From: Candidatus Woesebacteria bacterium
Lineage (GTDB): Bacteria; Patescibacteriota; Microgenomatia; UBA1400; PJMF01
Reading direction: 5' to 3'
Assembly: GCA_050123235.1 (NCBI GenBank)
Contig: JASFHL010000002.1
Span: 15,326-79,325 of the forward strand
DNA: 64,000 nucleotides
A program made the position numbers and the translations under genes. The notes beneath the pieces were generated by a model. The model worked only from the letters and a program-made list of their open reading frames with translations. It was not told the DNA's origin and did no database searches. Positions 28,179-39,100 of the stretch are shown here, piece after piece; positions within the stretch are counted from its first letter, which is position 1; the number at the start of each line of letters is the position of its first letter.

Positions 28179-28805
28179 TCAACTAGGTAGGACCAAATTA
28201 ACTTGAGGATAAATTAAATCAGGGTTGTTGCCAATCACAGCTCGATTAAGTTGATAAATCTCTACCCAACGATAGCTATCACCTAGCTGTTCTTCTGCTA
28301 TTTTCCATAAACTGTCACCTTTTTGAATAGTGTAAGATCTTCCGCTTGCTAAACCACCCTTAGTCTGAGCAGAATCTTGTTCTTGAGGAGTTGCTAAATC
28401 TGCATCCTCTTGGCTTTGAGACAAACCACTTGAAACTGAAGCTATTTTTTCTTCCCTTTGAACTGTGGGAGAAAGAGAGCTGGGGACAAGGCTTGGTGTT
28501 GGTGAAAGTGCTTTAATTGTAGCCTGGACTATAGTTGGCGAAGGAGAAGCTTGCTTTACAGATTCATCTTCTAAGGAAACAGTGGAAGAAGTGATAGAAA
28601 CTTTACTTACTTTAGCTGGCTGTTGTTGACATTTTAACCAGTAACAAAGATTTTCTTTTTGAAAAGTAAACAGCGCAACTAATAAAACAGCTAAACTAAA
28701 AATACCCAATAAAAAAGAACTCAAAATAATTTTTAATTGCTTTTGAAAAACTTTTAAATAATATTTAATAGTGCTTTGATTCATATGATTTATTTTAGTA
28801 GGCAA
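28179..28805 (-). CDS. LysM domain-containing membrane protein
   Basis: N-terminal TM helix, Ser/Pro/Thr-rich linker, and a C-terminal LysM domain ('YTIQKGDSLWKIAEEQLGDSYRWVEIYQLN'). Confidence 0.75.
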   Translation of the reverse strand: MPTKINHMNQSTIKYYLKVFQKQLKIILSSFLLGIFSLAVLLVALFTFQKENLCYWLKCQQQPAKVSKVSITSSTVSLEDESVKQASPSPTIVQATIKALSPTPSLVPSSLSPTVQREEKIASVSSGLSQSQEDADLATPQEQDSAQTKGGLASGRSYTIQKGDSLWKIAEEQLGDSYRWVEIYQLNRAVIGNNPDLIYPQVNLVLPS

Positions 28806-28932
28806 GGTAAATTAGTCTGGGACAGCTGATAGCCTGTTGATTATAAGACTAAAAATAACAATCAATCTATTACATTTTAACATAAAAAATTTATTTGGTC
28901 TTTAGAAATTTTAAGCATGATAAAATTCAAAT

Positions 28933-29490
28933 ATGACAATTCAACAATACAAAACAACAATAGATTACCCTGTAACTCAGTGCACTTTATGTTATTTATT
29001 AGATGAAGATCGAGTGCTTTTAGCTAAGAAAAAAAGAGGCCTAGGTAAGGGAAACTGGTCAGGAGTGGGAGGTAAAATCGAAGCTGGTGAAACAATTGAG
29101 GCTGCCGCTATTAGAGAAAGCATAGAAGAAATTAGCGTCACACCTCTGAAAATTAAAAAAGTAGCTAGCTTAGGATTTTATTTTCCTTATGTAGCTGAAC
29201 CAGTCAAGTGGAGTCAAGAAGTTCATGCTTTTATCAGTCATCAGTGGCAAGGAGAACCACAAGAAACAGCAGAAATGGCACCTCAGTGGTTTAATATTCA
29301 GAAAATACCTTTTGACAAGATGTGGTCTGATACCAAGCACTGGTTACCAAAAGTGCTGGCGGGTGAATCACTCAAAGCTAATTTTATTTTTGATAAAAAA
29401 CTAAAAGTCAAAGAAGTAGAAATTAAAACTTTTGATTTTATTTTGCGAGCTAAAGCGGAATTGGGTGGAACCGCTGGCATCCTCACTTGA
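28933..29490 (+). CDS. NUDIX hydrolase (MutT-like)
   Basis: Nudix box 'GVGGKIEAGETIEAAAIRESIEEISV'. Confidence 0.8.
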   Translation: MTIQQYKTTIDYPVTQCTLCYLLDEDRVLLAKKKRGLGKGNWSGVGGKIEAGETIEAAAIRESIEEISVTPLKIKKVASLGFYFPYVAEPVKWSQEVHAFISHQWQGEPQETAEMAPQWFNIQKIPFDKMWSDTKHWLPKVLAGESLKANFIFDKKLKVKEVEIKTFDFILRAKAELGGTAGILT

Positions 29491-29648
29491 GAAGATTTTG
29501 GATAGGATGGGGAGGTGGTTTACGCCTGAAGAAATAAACCCAGCTCCTATTTATGCTTAATGTATACCTGTATGTTTTTAGAATAAAATAAAATAAAAAG
29601 TGATAGAATTAAGTTATCGGAGACTAAATTATCATACTATCTTTAATT

Positions 29649-30032
29649 ATGTTTTTAGTATTTGTTTTTTTAATGGGAGGCTTTTTCATCTATTTATCTC
29701 TAATAATAGCGTTTGTCTATGGTATCAGAAAAAGACACTATCAACCAAATAGATTGCTAGTTTTTATAAAAAGAGTTTCTATTGTAATTTTTTTACTTCT
29801 ATATCTTAATCTCACCTATCTAAAATATTTTTCAATTTTTGCTACTATAAAAAATCCTGTGCGAAACACAGTTAAGGACTTATTCTCTCTACAGAACTTT
29901 CAAGAAATTATTTTTAATCGTGCTTTTGCAGCTTATTTTCTAATCACCTTGCTTTTGTCAATCATATTTATGTATTTTGGTATCTTCCTGAGAAATTTAT
30001 TTACCAAACAAAAGAAAAAGAGCCATAAGTAG
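29649..30032 (+). CDS. Hypothetical membrane protein
   Basis: 127 aa with 3-4 predicted TM helices. No recognisable motif. Confidence 0.4.
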   Translation: MFLVFVFLMGGFFIYLSLIIAFVYGIRKRHYQPNRLLVFIKRVSIVIFLLLYLNLTYLKYFSIFATIKNPVRNTVKDLFSLQNFQEIIFNRAFAAYFLITLLLSIIFMYFGIFLRNLFTKQKKKSHK

Positions 30033-30049
30033 CTCTTTTTTTATACTTG

Positions 30050-30122
30050 CGAGCCCGACCGGATTCGAACCGGCGATCTCCTGCGTGACAGGCAGGCATG
30101 TTAACCGCTACACTACGGGCCC
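30050..30122 (-). tRNA. tRNA-Asp (anticodon GTC)
   Basis: Manual fold: acceptor GGGCCCG/CGGGCTC, anticodon loop CUGUCAC, T-loop TTCGAAT. Confidence 0.85.
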
Positions 30123-30284
30123 ATTTGACATCAGATATTATAAAACTAAACCAATTTTTTTTCTAATCAAATTTCAACTCACATTTATTATGACAGTATC
30201 ATTATCATTTAAAATCAGGTTTAATCTTGATTAAAAACTGATATACTATAAAGATAAAAAAATATAAATTTAAAGAAAGATCTT

Positions 30285-30875
30285 ATGCCATTACTTTTTA
30301 TTATTCTCGCTATAGTTGTAGCTATTATAATCTATATAATCTCTATCTATAACTCTCTGCAACGATTAAAAACTCAAATTAAAGCCAGTATTCAGGAAAT
30401 CGGTAATCAACTTAAGAGACAAGCTTCTCTTATCCCTAATCTTGAAAGTTCGGTCAAATCATATCTTAAGCATGAAAAAGGAATTTTTAACATGCTCACT
30501 ACTGCTAGAAAATCAGTTGCTAAAGCTCAAAAATCAGGTAAAGTTAAAGATATTGATCAGGCAATCAATGATTTACAAACAGTAGTGCCACAAATCAACG
30601 TCACTGTTGAAAGCAATCCTGAGCTTAAGGCTGACAAAACTATCACCCAATTTATGAGTGAGATTACAGACACTGCTGACAAACTAACTTATGCTAGAAG
30701 AAGTGTGATTGATTTAAGTCAAATCTATAACCAAAAATTAGTCACTTTCCCATCCAAGCTAGTTGCCGACGCCTTTGGTTTTAAAGAAGAAAAAGGATTG
30801 GAAACAGCTACCAGTGGCAGTCACTTAAAAGTAAGTGAAGCAGAAATGAAAGATGTTAAAGTAGATTTAAAGTAA
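30285..30875 (+). CDS. LemA family protein
   Basis: N-terminal TM helix plus 'YNSLQRLKTQIKASIQEIGNQLKRQ', typical of LemA. It is followed by htpX, a common pairing. Confidence 0.8.
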   Translation: MPLLFIILAIVVAIIIYIISIYNSLQRLKTQIKASIQEIGNQLKRQASLIPNLESSVKSYLKHEKGIFNMLTTARKSVAKAQKSGKVKDIDQAINDLQTVVPQINVTVESNPELKADKTITQFMSEITDTADKLTYARRSVIDLSQIYNQKLVTFPSKLVADAFGFKEEKGLETATSGSHLKVSEAEMKDVKVDLK

Positions 30876-30917
30876 ATCATCAGTTTTTTTTCAGTAAAAA
30901 AAAGTAAAATTCAGACT

Positions 30918-31826
30918 ATGACTCACTACCAGCTAGTCCAGTCAAATAAAAATAAGACTTTCATTATTATGACTGTCTTTATTGTTTTTATTGTCTTGGC
31001 TGCCTATCTAATGTCAGTTGGCTTAGGTTACGGCCTGGATATCATTGGTATAGCCCTGATTGTTTCTGGACTAACTTCTTTTCTTAGCTATTATTTTAGC
31101 GACAAGATAATCTTAACTTTATCTGGCGCCAAGCAAGCTAGTAGAAAAAAATTCTTTGATTTCTACACAGTCACTGAAAATCTTTGTCTTGGACAAAGAA
31201 TGCCCCTACCCAAGCTATATGTTATTAATGACACGGCCATGAATGCTTTTGCTACTGGCCGTGATCCTCAACATGCCGTAGTGTGTGTTACCACTGGCTT
31301 ACTTAGTCGTTTAAACAGGTCAGAGATAGAAGGAGTGATAGCTCATGAATTAGCCCATGTCAAAAATTATGACATCAGACTAATGTCCATTGTCACTATT
31401 TTAGTTGGCCTAGTAGCACTTTTATCAGATTGGATGTTAAGGATGACTTTCTGGGGAAGATCCAAAAAAAGCAGTAGTCGCTCTTCTGGTAATCAATTAC
31501 AAATTATTCTTTTTGCTGCAGCCCTAATATTAGCTTTATTATCACCTCTAATTGCTACTTTAATTAAATTGGCTATTTCTAGAAACAGAGAATTTTTAGC
31601 AGATGCCACTGGAGTTTCCTTTACCAAAAACCCTAAAGGTTTAGCCAGAGCTCTTGCTAAAATTTCCCAAGATCGAGAACCTTTAGAAGCTGCTAATAAA
31701 GCCACTGCTCACCTTTATATTAGTGATCCACTCAAAAACGCTCATGGTGCAATTGGTTGGTTTGCTAGTTTATTTAAGACTCATCCACCGGTTAAAGAAA
31801 GAATTAGGGTCTTGGAGAGAATTTAA
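30918..31826 (+). CDS. htpX: Zinc metalloprotease HtpX (M48 family)
   Basis: 'HELAHVKNYD' (HEXXH), TM helices, 302 aa. Confidence 0.85.
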   Translation: MTHYQLVQSNKNKTFIIMTVFIVFIVLAAYLMSVGLGYGLDIIGIALIVSGLTSFLSYYFSDKIILTLSGAKQASRKKFFDFYTVTENLCLGQRMPLPKLYVINDTAMNAFATGRDPQHAVVCVTTGLLSRLNRSEIEGVIAHELAHVKNYDIRLMSIVTILVGLVALLSDWMLRMTFWGRSKKSSSRSSGNQLQIILFAAALILALLSPLIATLIKLAISRNREFLADATGVSFTKNPKGLARALAKISQDREPLEAANKATAHLYISDPLKNAHGAIGWFASLFKTHPPVKERIRVLERI

Positions 31827-31900
31827 AAAATTATCTAGCTGAAAAGTACTAAAACAAACTGTTGTTGAACTCTCCTTAAAAAAACAATATAAACAGCATC

Positions 31901-32287
31901 ATGATCAGTAAAAAAGATGTTCAACTTTTAAAAGCAACATTTCTTACTAAAAAAGAGGCAAATTCCAGATTTAGAGCAATTGAAGGTAGATTAGGCAATG
32001 TGGAGAGTAGATTGGATAAAGTGGAGAGTAGATTGGATAAAGTGGAAAGTAGATTAGATAATATTGAAAATAGACTAGATGCTGTGGAAAATAGACTAGA
32101 AAAAATAGAGAATAAAGTAAACCAGCTGCTTACTCTGGTCTCTGATGTAATGGGCGAATTAAAAGCTATGAGAGAAGAACTACCAATCATTGTTTATCGG
32201 CAAGCAGAGCATTCTGACCAGTTAGCAATGCATGAAGAACGAATTGTAACTTTAGAAAAAAATAATAAACGCCAGATTATTCATTAA
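31901..32287 (+). CDS. Coiled-coil protein with heptad repeats (hypothetical)
   Basis: Seven 7-aa repeats 'VESRLDK/IENRLDA' encoded by 21-nt tandem DNA repeats. Confidence 0.5.
   Translation: MISKKDVQLLKATFLTKKEANSRFRAIEGRLGNVESRLDKVESRLDKVESRLDNIENRLDAVENRLEKIENKVNQLLTLVSDVMGELKAMREELPIIVYRQAEHSDQLAMHEERIVTLEKNNKRQIIH
31979..32125 (+). repeat. Seven tandem 21-nt repeats (gtggagagtagattggataaa and variants) within the coiled-coil CDS
   Basis: Units 2 and 3 are identical. Later units become progressively degenerate. The period is 21 nt. Confidence 0.75.
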
Positions 32288-32292
32288 AATTT

Positions 32293-32649
32293 TTGCTTTT
32301 ATTTATTCTTTTACCAGAGATCCGTGGTATACTAACTCCTGTGTCAAAGACAAAAATTTCACCTCAACAAGTTCAACACATCGCTAACTTAGCTAATATT
32401 CCTATCACTGATAATGAGGCTAGTTCTATCTCCAAAGCCTTTATTGAAACTCTAGAGGTGGTTGATCAACTACAAACAATTAATACCCAAAACACAGAAC
32501 TAACTCATCAAGTTACTGGTTTAGAAAATGTACTTAGAGAAGATGAAATTGAAGAAAAAAAAATGTTCAGCCAAGCAGAAGCTTTAGCTAATGCTAAAAA
32601 AACTCACCATGGATATTTTGTAGTACCCCGAATTATTGATAAGGAGTAG
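32293..32649 (+). CDS. gatC: Glu-tRNA(Gln) amidotransferase subunit C
   Basis: 'ISPQQVQHIANLANIPITDNE...VTGLENVLREDEI' matches the GatC pattern. The true start is probably GTG at 32341. It lies directly upstream of gatA. Confidence 0.65.
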   Translation: MLLFILLPEIRGILTPVSKTKISPQQVQHIANLANIPITDNEASSISKAFIETLEVVDQLQTINTQNTELTHQVTGLENVLREDEIEEKKMFSQAEALANAKKTHHGYFVVPRIIDKE

Positions 32650-32655
32650 TGAGTT

Positions 32656-34038
32656 ATGTTAAATAAGCTTACCCTCAAACAAGCTTTAGATAAACTTAAA
32701 AACAAAGAAATTTCTCTTGATGAAATTTATGCTGATCTCAATAAAACAATTAAAGCAGAAAATAAAAAATTAAATGTTTATCTTAATTTAGAGAAAAATC
32801 CATTAACTAAAGCAAAAAAACAAAGCGGTGAAATTCTAAAAGGATTACCCATTGCTATTAAAGATAATTTTTGTACTCAAAATTTAAAAACAACAGCCTC
32901 TTCTAAAGTTTTAGAAGACTTTCAAGCAGTTTATGAATCTACTGTCACTAAAAGATTAAAAAAAGCTGGTGGAGTGATCATTGGCAAAACAAATATGGAT
33001 GCTTGGGCTCATGGATCTTCTACAGAGACTAGTAATTTTGGACGAACTCTTAATCCACGTAATCTTGCATACTTACCTGGAGGATCTTCAGGTGGTAGTG
33101 CTGCTGCTGTAGCGGCTAATCTTTGTTTAGCTGCTATTGGTAGTGAAACTGCTGGCTCTATCAGAGGGCCTGCCGCTTGGTGTGGTACTGTAGGTTTAAA
33201 ACCTACCTATGGCCGAGTAAGTAGATTTGGAGTAATTGCTATGGCTTCTTCTACCGATAGTCCTGGACCAATTACTAAAACAGTGGAAGATGCTGCTATT
33301 ATTTTAAATAATATAGCTGGATATGATCCTTATGATGGCACAAGTTCAAAAAAACCAATCTTAAATTATCTCAATTCAATTAATCAAAGTGTTAAAAATT
33401 TAAAAATTGGCGTTTTGTATTCAAATATTAAAGGTTTAGAAAGAATTAAAAATACTTTTAAAAAAGAGCTTAAAGTTTTTGAAGAGTTAGGAGCTAAAGT
33501 AGAATTTGCTAAAGCTCTTGATCCACATCATGCAATTGCTGTCTATACTGTAGTTCAGCGAGCTGAAGTAAGCAGCAACTTAGCTCGCTATGATGGTATT
33601 CGTTATGGTAATGATCGCTCGTATTTTGCTGATGAAGCAAAAAGAAGAATTATGCTTGGCACCTACACACTTAGTAAAGGTTACGCTGAAAAATATTATA
33701 ACCTAGCCCAAAAAGTACGAACTTTATTTATTAAAGACTTTGAAAAATTATTTAAAAAATACGATGTCTTAGTAGCACCATCTATGCCTGATTTTGCTCC
33801 AAAAATTGGAGCCAGTGAAAATAGTGCTATGTTTGGGGAATTAGCTGACATGCTCCAAGAGCCGAGTTCAATTGCTGGTTTACCTGGCATTAGCATACCT
33901 TGTTACCGTGATTCCAAAACTAATCTTTATTTAGGAATGAATATTATCACTCCAATGTTTAGAGAAGATTTAATGATCAAAGTAGCAGATGCCTATGAAA
34001 AAGCAACAAAATGGAATGAATGGAGACAGAATGGCTAA
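32656..34038 (+). CDS. gatA: Glu-tRNA(Gln) amidotransferase subunit A
   Basis: Amidase signature 'GGSSGGSAAAVAA' and 'GSETAGSIR'. 460 aa. Confidence 0.9.
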   Translation: MLNKLTLKQALDKLKNKEISLDEIYADLNKTIKAENKKLNVYLNLEKNPLTKAKKQSGEILKGLPIAIKDNFCTQNLKTTASSKVLEDFQAVYESTVTKRLKKAGGVIIGKTNMDAWAHGSSTETSNFGRTLNPRNLAYLPGGSSGGSAAAVAANLCLAAIGSETAGSIRGPAAWCGTVGLKPTYGRVSRFGVIAMASSTDSPGPITKTVEDAAIILNNIAGYDPYDGTSSKKPILNYLNSINQSVKNLKIGVLYSNIKGLERIKNTFKKELKVFEELGAKVEFAKALDPHHAIAVYTVVQRAEVSSNLARYDGIRYGNDRSYFADEAKRRIMLGTYTLSKGYAEKYYNLAQKVRTLFIKDFEKLFKKYDVLVAPSMPDFAPKIGASENSAMFGELADMLQEPSSIAGLPGISIPCYRDSKTNLYLGMNIITPMFREDLMIKVADAYEKATKWNEWRQNG

Positions 34039-34519
34039 AAAAAATACCCGTATTGGCCATTTCATGGTCGCTGCTGGGGCAATCATTAAAAATAGTAACA
34101 CAAATAAAATTTTAGTTTTAAAAAGAAAAGATACTGATCATCTAAAAAATAAATGGGAATTTATGTATGGCCGCATTGATCAATTTGAAGAATTAGAAGA
34201 TGGTTTAAAAAGAGAAGTATTTGAAGAAACCGGAATTAAGGATTTAAAAATTAATAAACTAATGAGAATCTGGCATATTTATCGCGGGGAAAAAAGAGCA
34301 AGTAATGAAATCTATGGTTTTACTTTTATCTGTGAAACTAATACTAATCAAATCAAATTAAGTAGAGAGCACTGTGAATATAGATGGGTTGACCCAGAAG
34401 AAGCTTTCGAATTAATTGACACTATCGGTATTAAAAAAGATTTAGAATTATATTTTAAAGATAGTATTAATTTGAAAATATACCTGTCTGACATAAACGA
34501 AAATATTAAAGCTTTGTAA
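34031..34519 (+). CDS. NUDIX hydrolase
   Basis: Nudix box 'GRIDQFEELEDGLKREVFEETGI'. The ATG at 34031 overlaps the gatA stop (ATGGCTAA). The ORF track starts it earlier, at 33989. Confidence 0.7.
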   Translation: MAKKNTRIGHFMVAAGAIIKNSNTNKILVLKRKDTDHLKNKWEFMYGRIDQFEELEDGLKREVFEETGIKDLKINKLMRIWHIYRGEKRASNEIYGFTFICETNTNQIKLSREHCEYRWVDPEEAFELIDTIGIKKDLELYFKDSINLKIYLSDINENIKAL

Positions 34520-34531
34520 AATATCTAAGTT

Positions 34532-34846
34532 ATGAAAAAAACTTTCTCGGAACTTAAAAAAGAAGCATTAAATATAGCTAAATCATTTCCTAACCAATGG
34601 GATCTTACTACTCATTGTGTTGATTTAATGGAAGAAGTAGGTGAATTAGCTAATGCAGTTTTGATTGAAACTAAACAAAAGTCAAAAAAACGTCAACGAG
34701 CTCATTTAGAAGATAGTTTTGCTGATGTATTGTTTGAGCTAATTCTAATGGCAGACGAAGCGAATATAGATCTTGAAGAGGTTTTGGCTCAGATGTTATC
34801 AGAACTTAAAGCTAGAATTAAAAACAACGAATATAAAAATATTTAA
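34532..34846 (+). CDS. MazG-like nucleotide pyrophosphohydrolase
   Basis: Helical EExxE motifs 'EEVGELANAV' and 'FADVLFELILMADEANIDLEE'. 104 aa. Confidence 0.6.
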   Translation: MKKTFSELKKEALNIAKSFPNQWDLTTHCVDLMEEVGELANAVLIETKQKSKKRQRAHLEDSFADVLFELILMADEANIDLEEVLAQMLSELKARIKNNEYKNI

Positions 34847-34848
34847 TT

Positions 34849-36183
34849 ATGAATTCAAATAAATATATACCAGTCATAGGCCTTGAAATTCATGCAGAAC
34901 TCAAAACTAAATCTAAAATGTTTTGCGGCTGCAAAAATGATCCCTTCAGAGCTCCAAAACCAAATATTTATACCTGTCCTGTTTGTTTAGGTATGCCAGG
35001 AGCACTACCAGTAGCTAATAAAAAAGCCATTGAGTGGACTGTTAAATTAGGTCTGGCTCTTAATTGTAAAATTAATCTTTTTTCTAAATTCGATCGCAAA
35101 AATTATTTTTATCCAGATTTACCAAAAGGTTACCAGATTAGCCAATATGATATTCCATTTTGTTATGATGGCGAAATTAATACTAGCGAAGGAAAAGTTG
35201 GCATTACTAGAATTCATTTAGAAGAAGATACCGGTAAACTGCTCCATAAAACTATTGATGGAAAGAAAGTTAGCTTAATTGATTTCAATCGCAGTAGTGT
35301 GCCATTAATTGAAATTGTGACTGAACCTGATATTAAATCAGCAAGCCAAGCTAAAGAATACGCTAAGAAACTCAGAGATATTATCCGCTATTTGAAGATT
35401 GGTGATTGTGATATGGAACAAGGAGGGATGAGACTTGAAGCTAATGTGTCTTTAAAAAGTGAAAGCGAACAAGCTCTCCCAAACTATAAAGTAGAAGTAA
35501 AAAATATCAATTCTTTTAGATTTTTAGAACAGGCTATTAATAGCGAAATTAAAAGACAAAGTCAAATTTTAGATTCTGGAAAAACACCTGCCCAAGAAAC
35601 ACGAGGTTGGGATGCCAAAATTAGTAAAACCTTTTCTCAACGTAGTAAAGAAGAAGCAGAAGATTATCGTTATTTTCCTGATCCAGATTTACCACCGATT
35701 CGATTCACTAAAAAACAAATCAAAAGTATTAAAAATAGTCTCCCAGAATTACCAACAGCTAAATCAGCTCGTTGGGAACAAAAATATCAAATTGAATTAC
35801 GATTTGCCTTGCCATTAGCTAATAAAAGAAAACGCGCTGAAGTTTTGGACAAGGTTTGGCCAAAAATCAAAAAAGAAAAAATTAACAGCAATGAATTGGC
35901 TAAAGCAATTATTAATAAAAGATTCAAATTAAATTTAAATGACGATGCTAAAACTATAGTTTCTAAATTTAAACAAACAATTCAATTGGATAAAGTAGAT
36001 AAAAATGAATTAGAAAAAGTTGTCATAAAAATTTTAAAAGCTAATCCAGATGCTGTAAAAAAATACAGAGATGGTAAAAGGCAGGTAATTGGTTTTTTAA
36101 TCGGACAGGTGATGAGAGAAATTAAGAAAAAAATTGATGCAAAAACGCTTAAAAAAATGATTGAAAAAAAGATAAAAGATTAA
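34849..36183 (+). CDS. gatB: Glu-tRNA(Gln) amidotransferase subunit B
   Basis: 'VIGLEIHAELKTKSKMFCGC' is a GatB N-terminus. 444 aa. Confidence 0.9.
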   Translation: MNSNKYIPVIGLEIHAELKTKSKMFCGCKNDPFRAPKPNIYTCPVCLGMPGALPVANKKAIEWTVKLGLALNCKINLFSKFDRKNYFYPDLPKGYQISQYDIPFCYDGEINTSEGKVGITRIHLEEDTGKLLHKTIDGKKVSLIDFNRSSVPLIEIVTEPDIKSASQAKEYAKKLRDIIRYLKIGDCDMEQGGMRLEANVSLKSESEQALPNYKVEVKNINSFRFLEQAINSEIKRQSQILDSGKTPAQETRGWDAKISKTFSQRSKEEAEDYRYFPDPDLPPIRFTKKQIKSIKNSLPELPTAKSARWEQKYQIELRFALPLANKRKRAEVLDKVWPKIKKEKINSNELAKAIINKRFKLNLNDDAKTIVSKFKQTIQLDKVDKNELEKVVIKILKANPDAVKKYRDGKRQVIGFLIGQVMREIKKKIDAKTLKKMIEKKIKD

Positions 36184-36191
36184 ACTTTGAC

Positions 36192-39100
36192 TTGACTCAT
36201 AATTCACACTATAGTAAAGCTATGTCTGACTTCGTTCATCTTCATGTCCATACTGAATATTCCATGCTTGATGGCTTATGCAAAATTCCACAACTGGTAG
36301 CCAAAGCAAAATCACTAAAACAAAAAGCTGTAGCCATCACTGATCACGGTAATCTTCATGGAGCTATCAGTTTTTATAACATTTGTAAAAAACATGATTT
36401 AAAGCCCATTATCGGTTCTGAACTTTATTTAGCTAAAAACTCTAGGTTTGATAAACAAACAAAGATGGGTAGTGATCAATCACATCTCTTAGTTTTAGCT
36501 AGTAACTTTAAAGGTTACCAAAATTTAATGAAACTTATTTCTTTGGCTCATTTTGAAGGCTTTTCCTATAAATCTAGAATAGATTTGGAAATTTTAGAAA
36601 AATATAGTGAAGGTTTAATTATTCTCAGTGGCTGTATGTCTAGTTTAACTAGCAAATTACTATTAGAAGGCAAAGACGAAGAGGCAATACAAAGATTTAA
36701 AAAATATAAAGAAATTTTTAATGACTGCTTTTATATAGAGCTTCAATCACATCCTTCTATCAAAAAAGAAAAAGCTTTAAACAAAGAATTAATAAAAATA
36801 GCTCGTCAACTTGATTTAGCAATAGTTGCTAGCAATGACGTTCATTACCTTGAAGCTGATGACGCTGAAGCTCAAGATGCACTTCTAGCTGTTCAAACTA
36901 GGAGTTTGATTTCAGATAAAAAAAGATTAAGTATGATTGACTATCCTGACTTCTATTTTAAATCCAATCAAGAAATGGCAGAATTGTTTACTGATTATCC
37001 AGAAGCAATTAAAAATACAGTTGCCATTGCTGAAAGATGTGGTTTTGAAATACCCACTGGTAAATTAATTTTTCCTAAATTCTCACTACCTAAAGGAGAA
37101 ACTGATCAGAGTTATTTAAGAAAGTTGACTTATCAGGGTCTTAAACAAAAATTTGGGCAGATCAAAAAAGAACATCGAGAAAGAGCTGATTATGAACTAG
37201 GTATTATTCACGACAAAGGTTATGATACCTATTTTCTTATCACTGAAGATTTTGTTAATTGGGCTAAAAAGCGTGATATCGGAGTTGGCCCTGGGAGAGG
37301 TAGTGCTGCCGGCTCAATTGTCTCCTATGCTTTGGACATTACTACTATTAATCCTTTGGAACATGGTTTACCTTTTGAAAGATTTTTAAATCCACAAAGA
37401 CCAACACCTCCCGATATTGATATTGACTTTGCTGATGATCGACGTGATGAAGTGATCCAATATGCCGCTGACAAGTATGGCAGTGATACTGTAGCTCAAG
37501 TGATTACTTTTGGGAGAATGGAAGCTAGAGTTGCCGTCCGTGATATTGGTCGGGTTTTAGGTATGCCTTATGAAGAACCAGATAAAATTGCTAAACTAAT
37601 TCCTAATCCTCCAGGAAAAAAAATAAGTTTGGAAAAAGCAATAACAACTGTTCCTGATTTAGCAGAATATTACAAACAAAAAAAATACAAAAAATTAATT
37701 GATTTGGCTAAAAAAGTGGAAGGGACAATTCGTCATAGTAGTGTTCATGCAGCTGCTGTCATCATTGCTGACCAACCATTACCCAATTACACTCCCATTC
37801 AAAAAGATAGTAAAAGTGGACAAGCAGTTACACAATATGACATGTATTGTCTTGATCTTAATATTACCGATGACGCTATTGGCTTATTAAAATTTGATTT
37901 TTTAGGTCTGCGCAATTTATCCACTATCCAAACAGCAGTTCAATTAATCAAACAACATAAAAATAAAGATATTAATATTGATCGTATTCCCATTGACGAT
38001 AAAAAAACATTTGATCTAATTTCGCGAGGTGAAACTACCGGTGTTTTTCAACTTGAGTCAGCTGGCATGAGACGAGTGGCTCGCAATCTTAGACCAAATC
38101 AATTTAGTGATATCACAGCTATGGTCGCTCTTTATAGACCTGGCCCAATGGAACTTATCCCTAGATTTATTGAAGGTAAACATAAACCAGAAACAATTGT
38201 ATATCCTCATGAATCTCTTAAGCCAATTCTTGAAGAAACTTACGGGATCATGGTTTACCAAGAGCAAATTTTACAAATTGCTAATCTCATGGCTGCTTAT
38301 TCTTTAGGTGAAGCAGATATTTTGCGAAGAGCCATTGGAAAAAAGAAGAAAAAACTATTAGACGAAAATAAAAAAAGATTTACCAAACAAGCAGTTGAGA
38401 ATAAATATGATAAAAAAGTAGCAGAAAAAGTTTGGAGTTTTATCGAAGCCTTTGCTAATTATGGTTTTAATAAAGCTCATGCTGCTAGCTACGCTATGAT
38501 TGCCTATCAAACAGCTTACCTCAAAGCTAATTACCCTGTAGAATACATGGCAGCTCTGATGAGTGTTGAAGCCAATTCACATTCTATGAATCGTGAAGAA
38601 AAAGTTGCTTTTGCTATTGAGAATAGCAAACAAATGGGCATTAAGATTCTGCCACCAGATATAAACAAATCTGAATTAAATTTTTCAATTGAAAAAAATA
38701 AATCTTCGCTTGAAGGTTTAGCCATTAGATTTAGTCTAACTGGTATTAAAAACGTTGGCGGAGCCGCTATTGAAAATATTCTTGAAACCAGAAAAAAAGC
38801 TAAAAAATTTAATTCTTTTACCCAATTCATCCAAGAAACAGAAGGACGAAAGGTTAACAAAAAAGTTTTAGAATCTCTAATCAAAGTAGGAGCAATGGAT
38901 CGGTTTGGCACTAGAGCCAGTATGCTTGAAAATCTAGATCAAATCCGTCAAACTGCTTTGGCTTATCAATCAGAGATAAATGGTCAAGATAATCTATTCG
39001 CTAATGTATCCAAAGAAGCTACAGAAGTCAAAGACAGCTTCCCAAAAATTAAAGAATATCCTAGACAAGAACTTTTATCTTTTGAAAAAGAACTCTTAGG

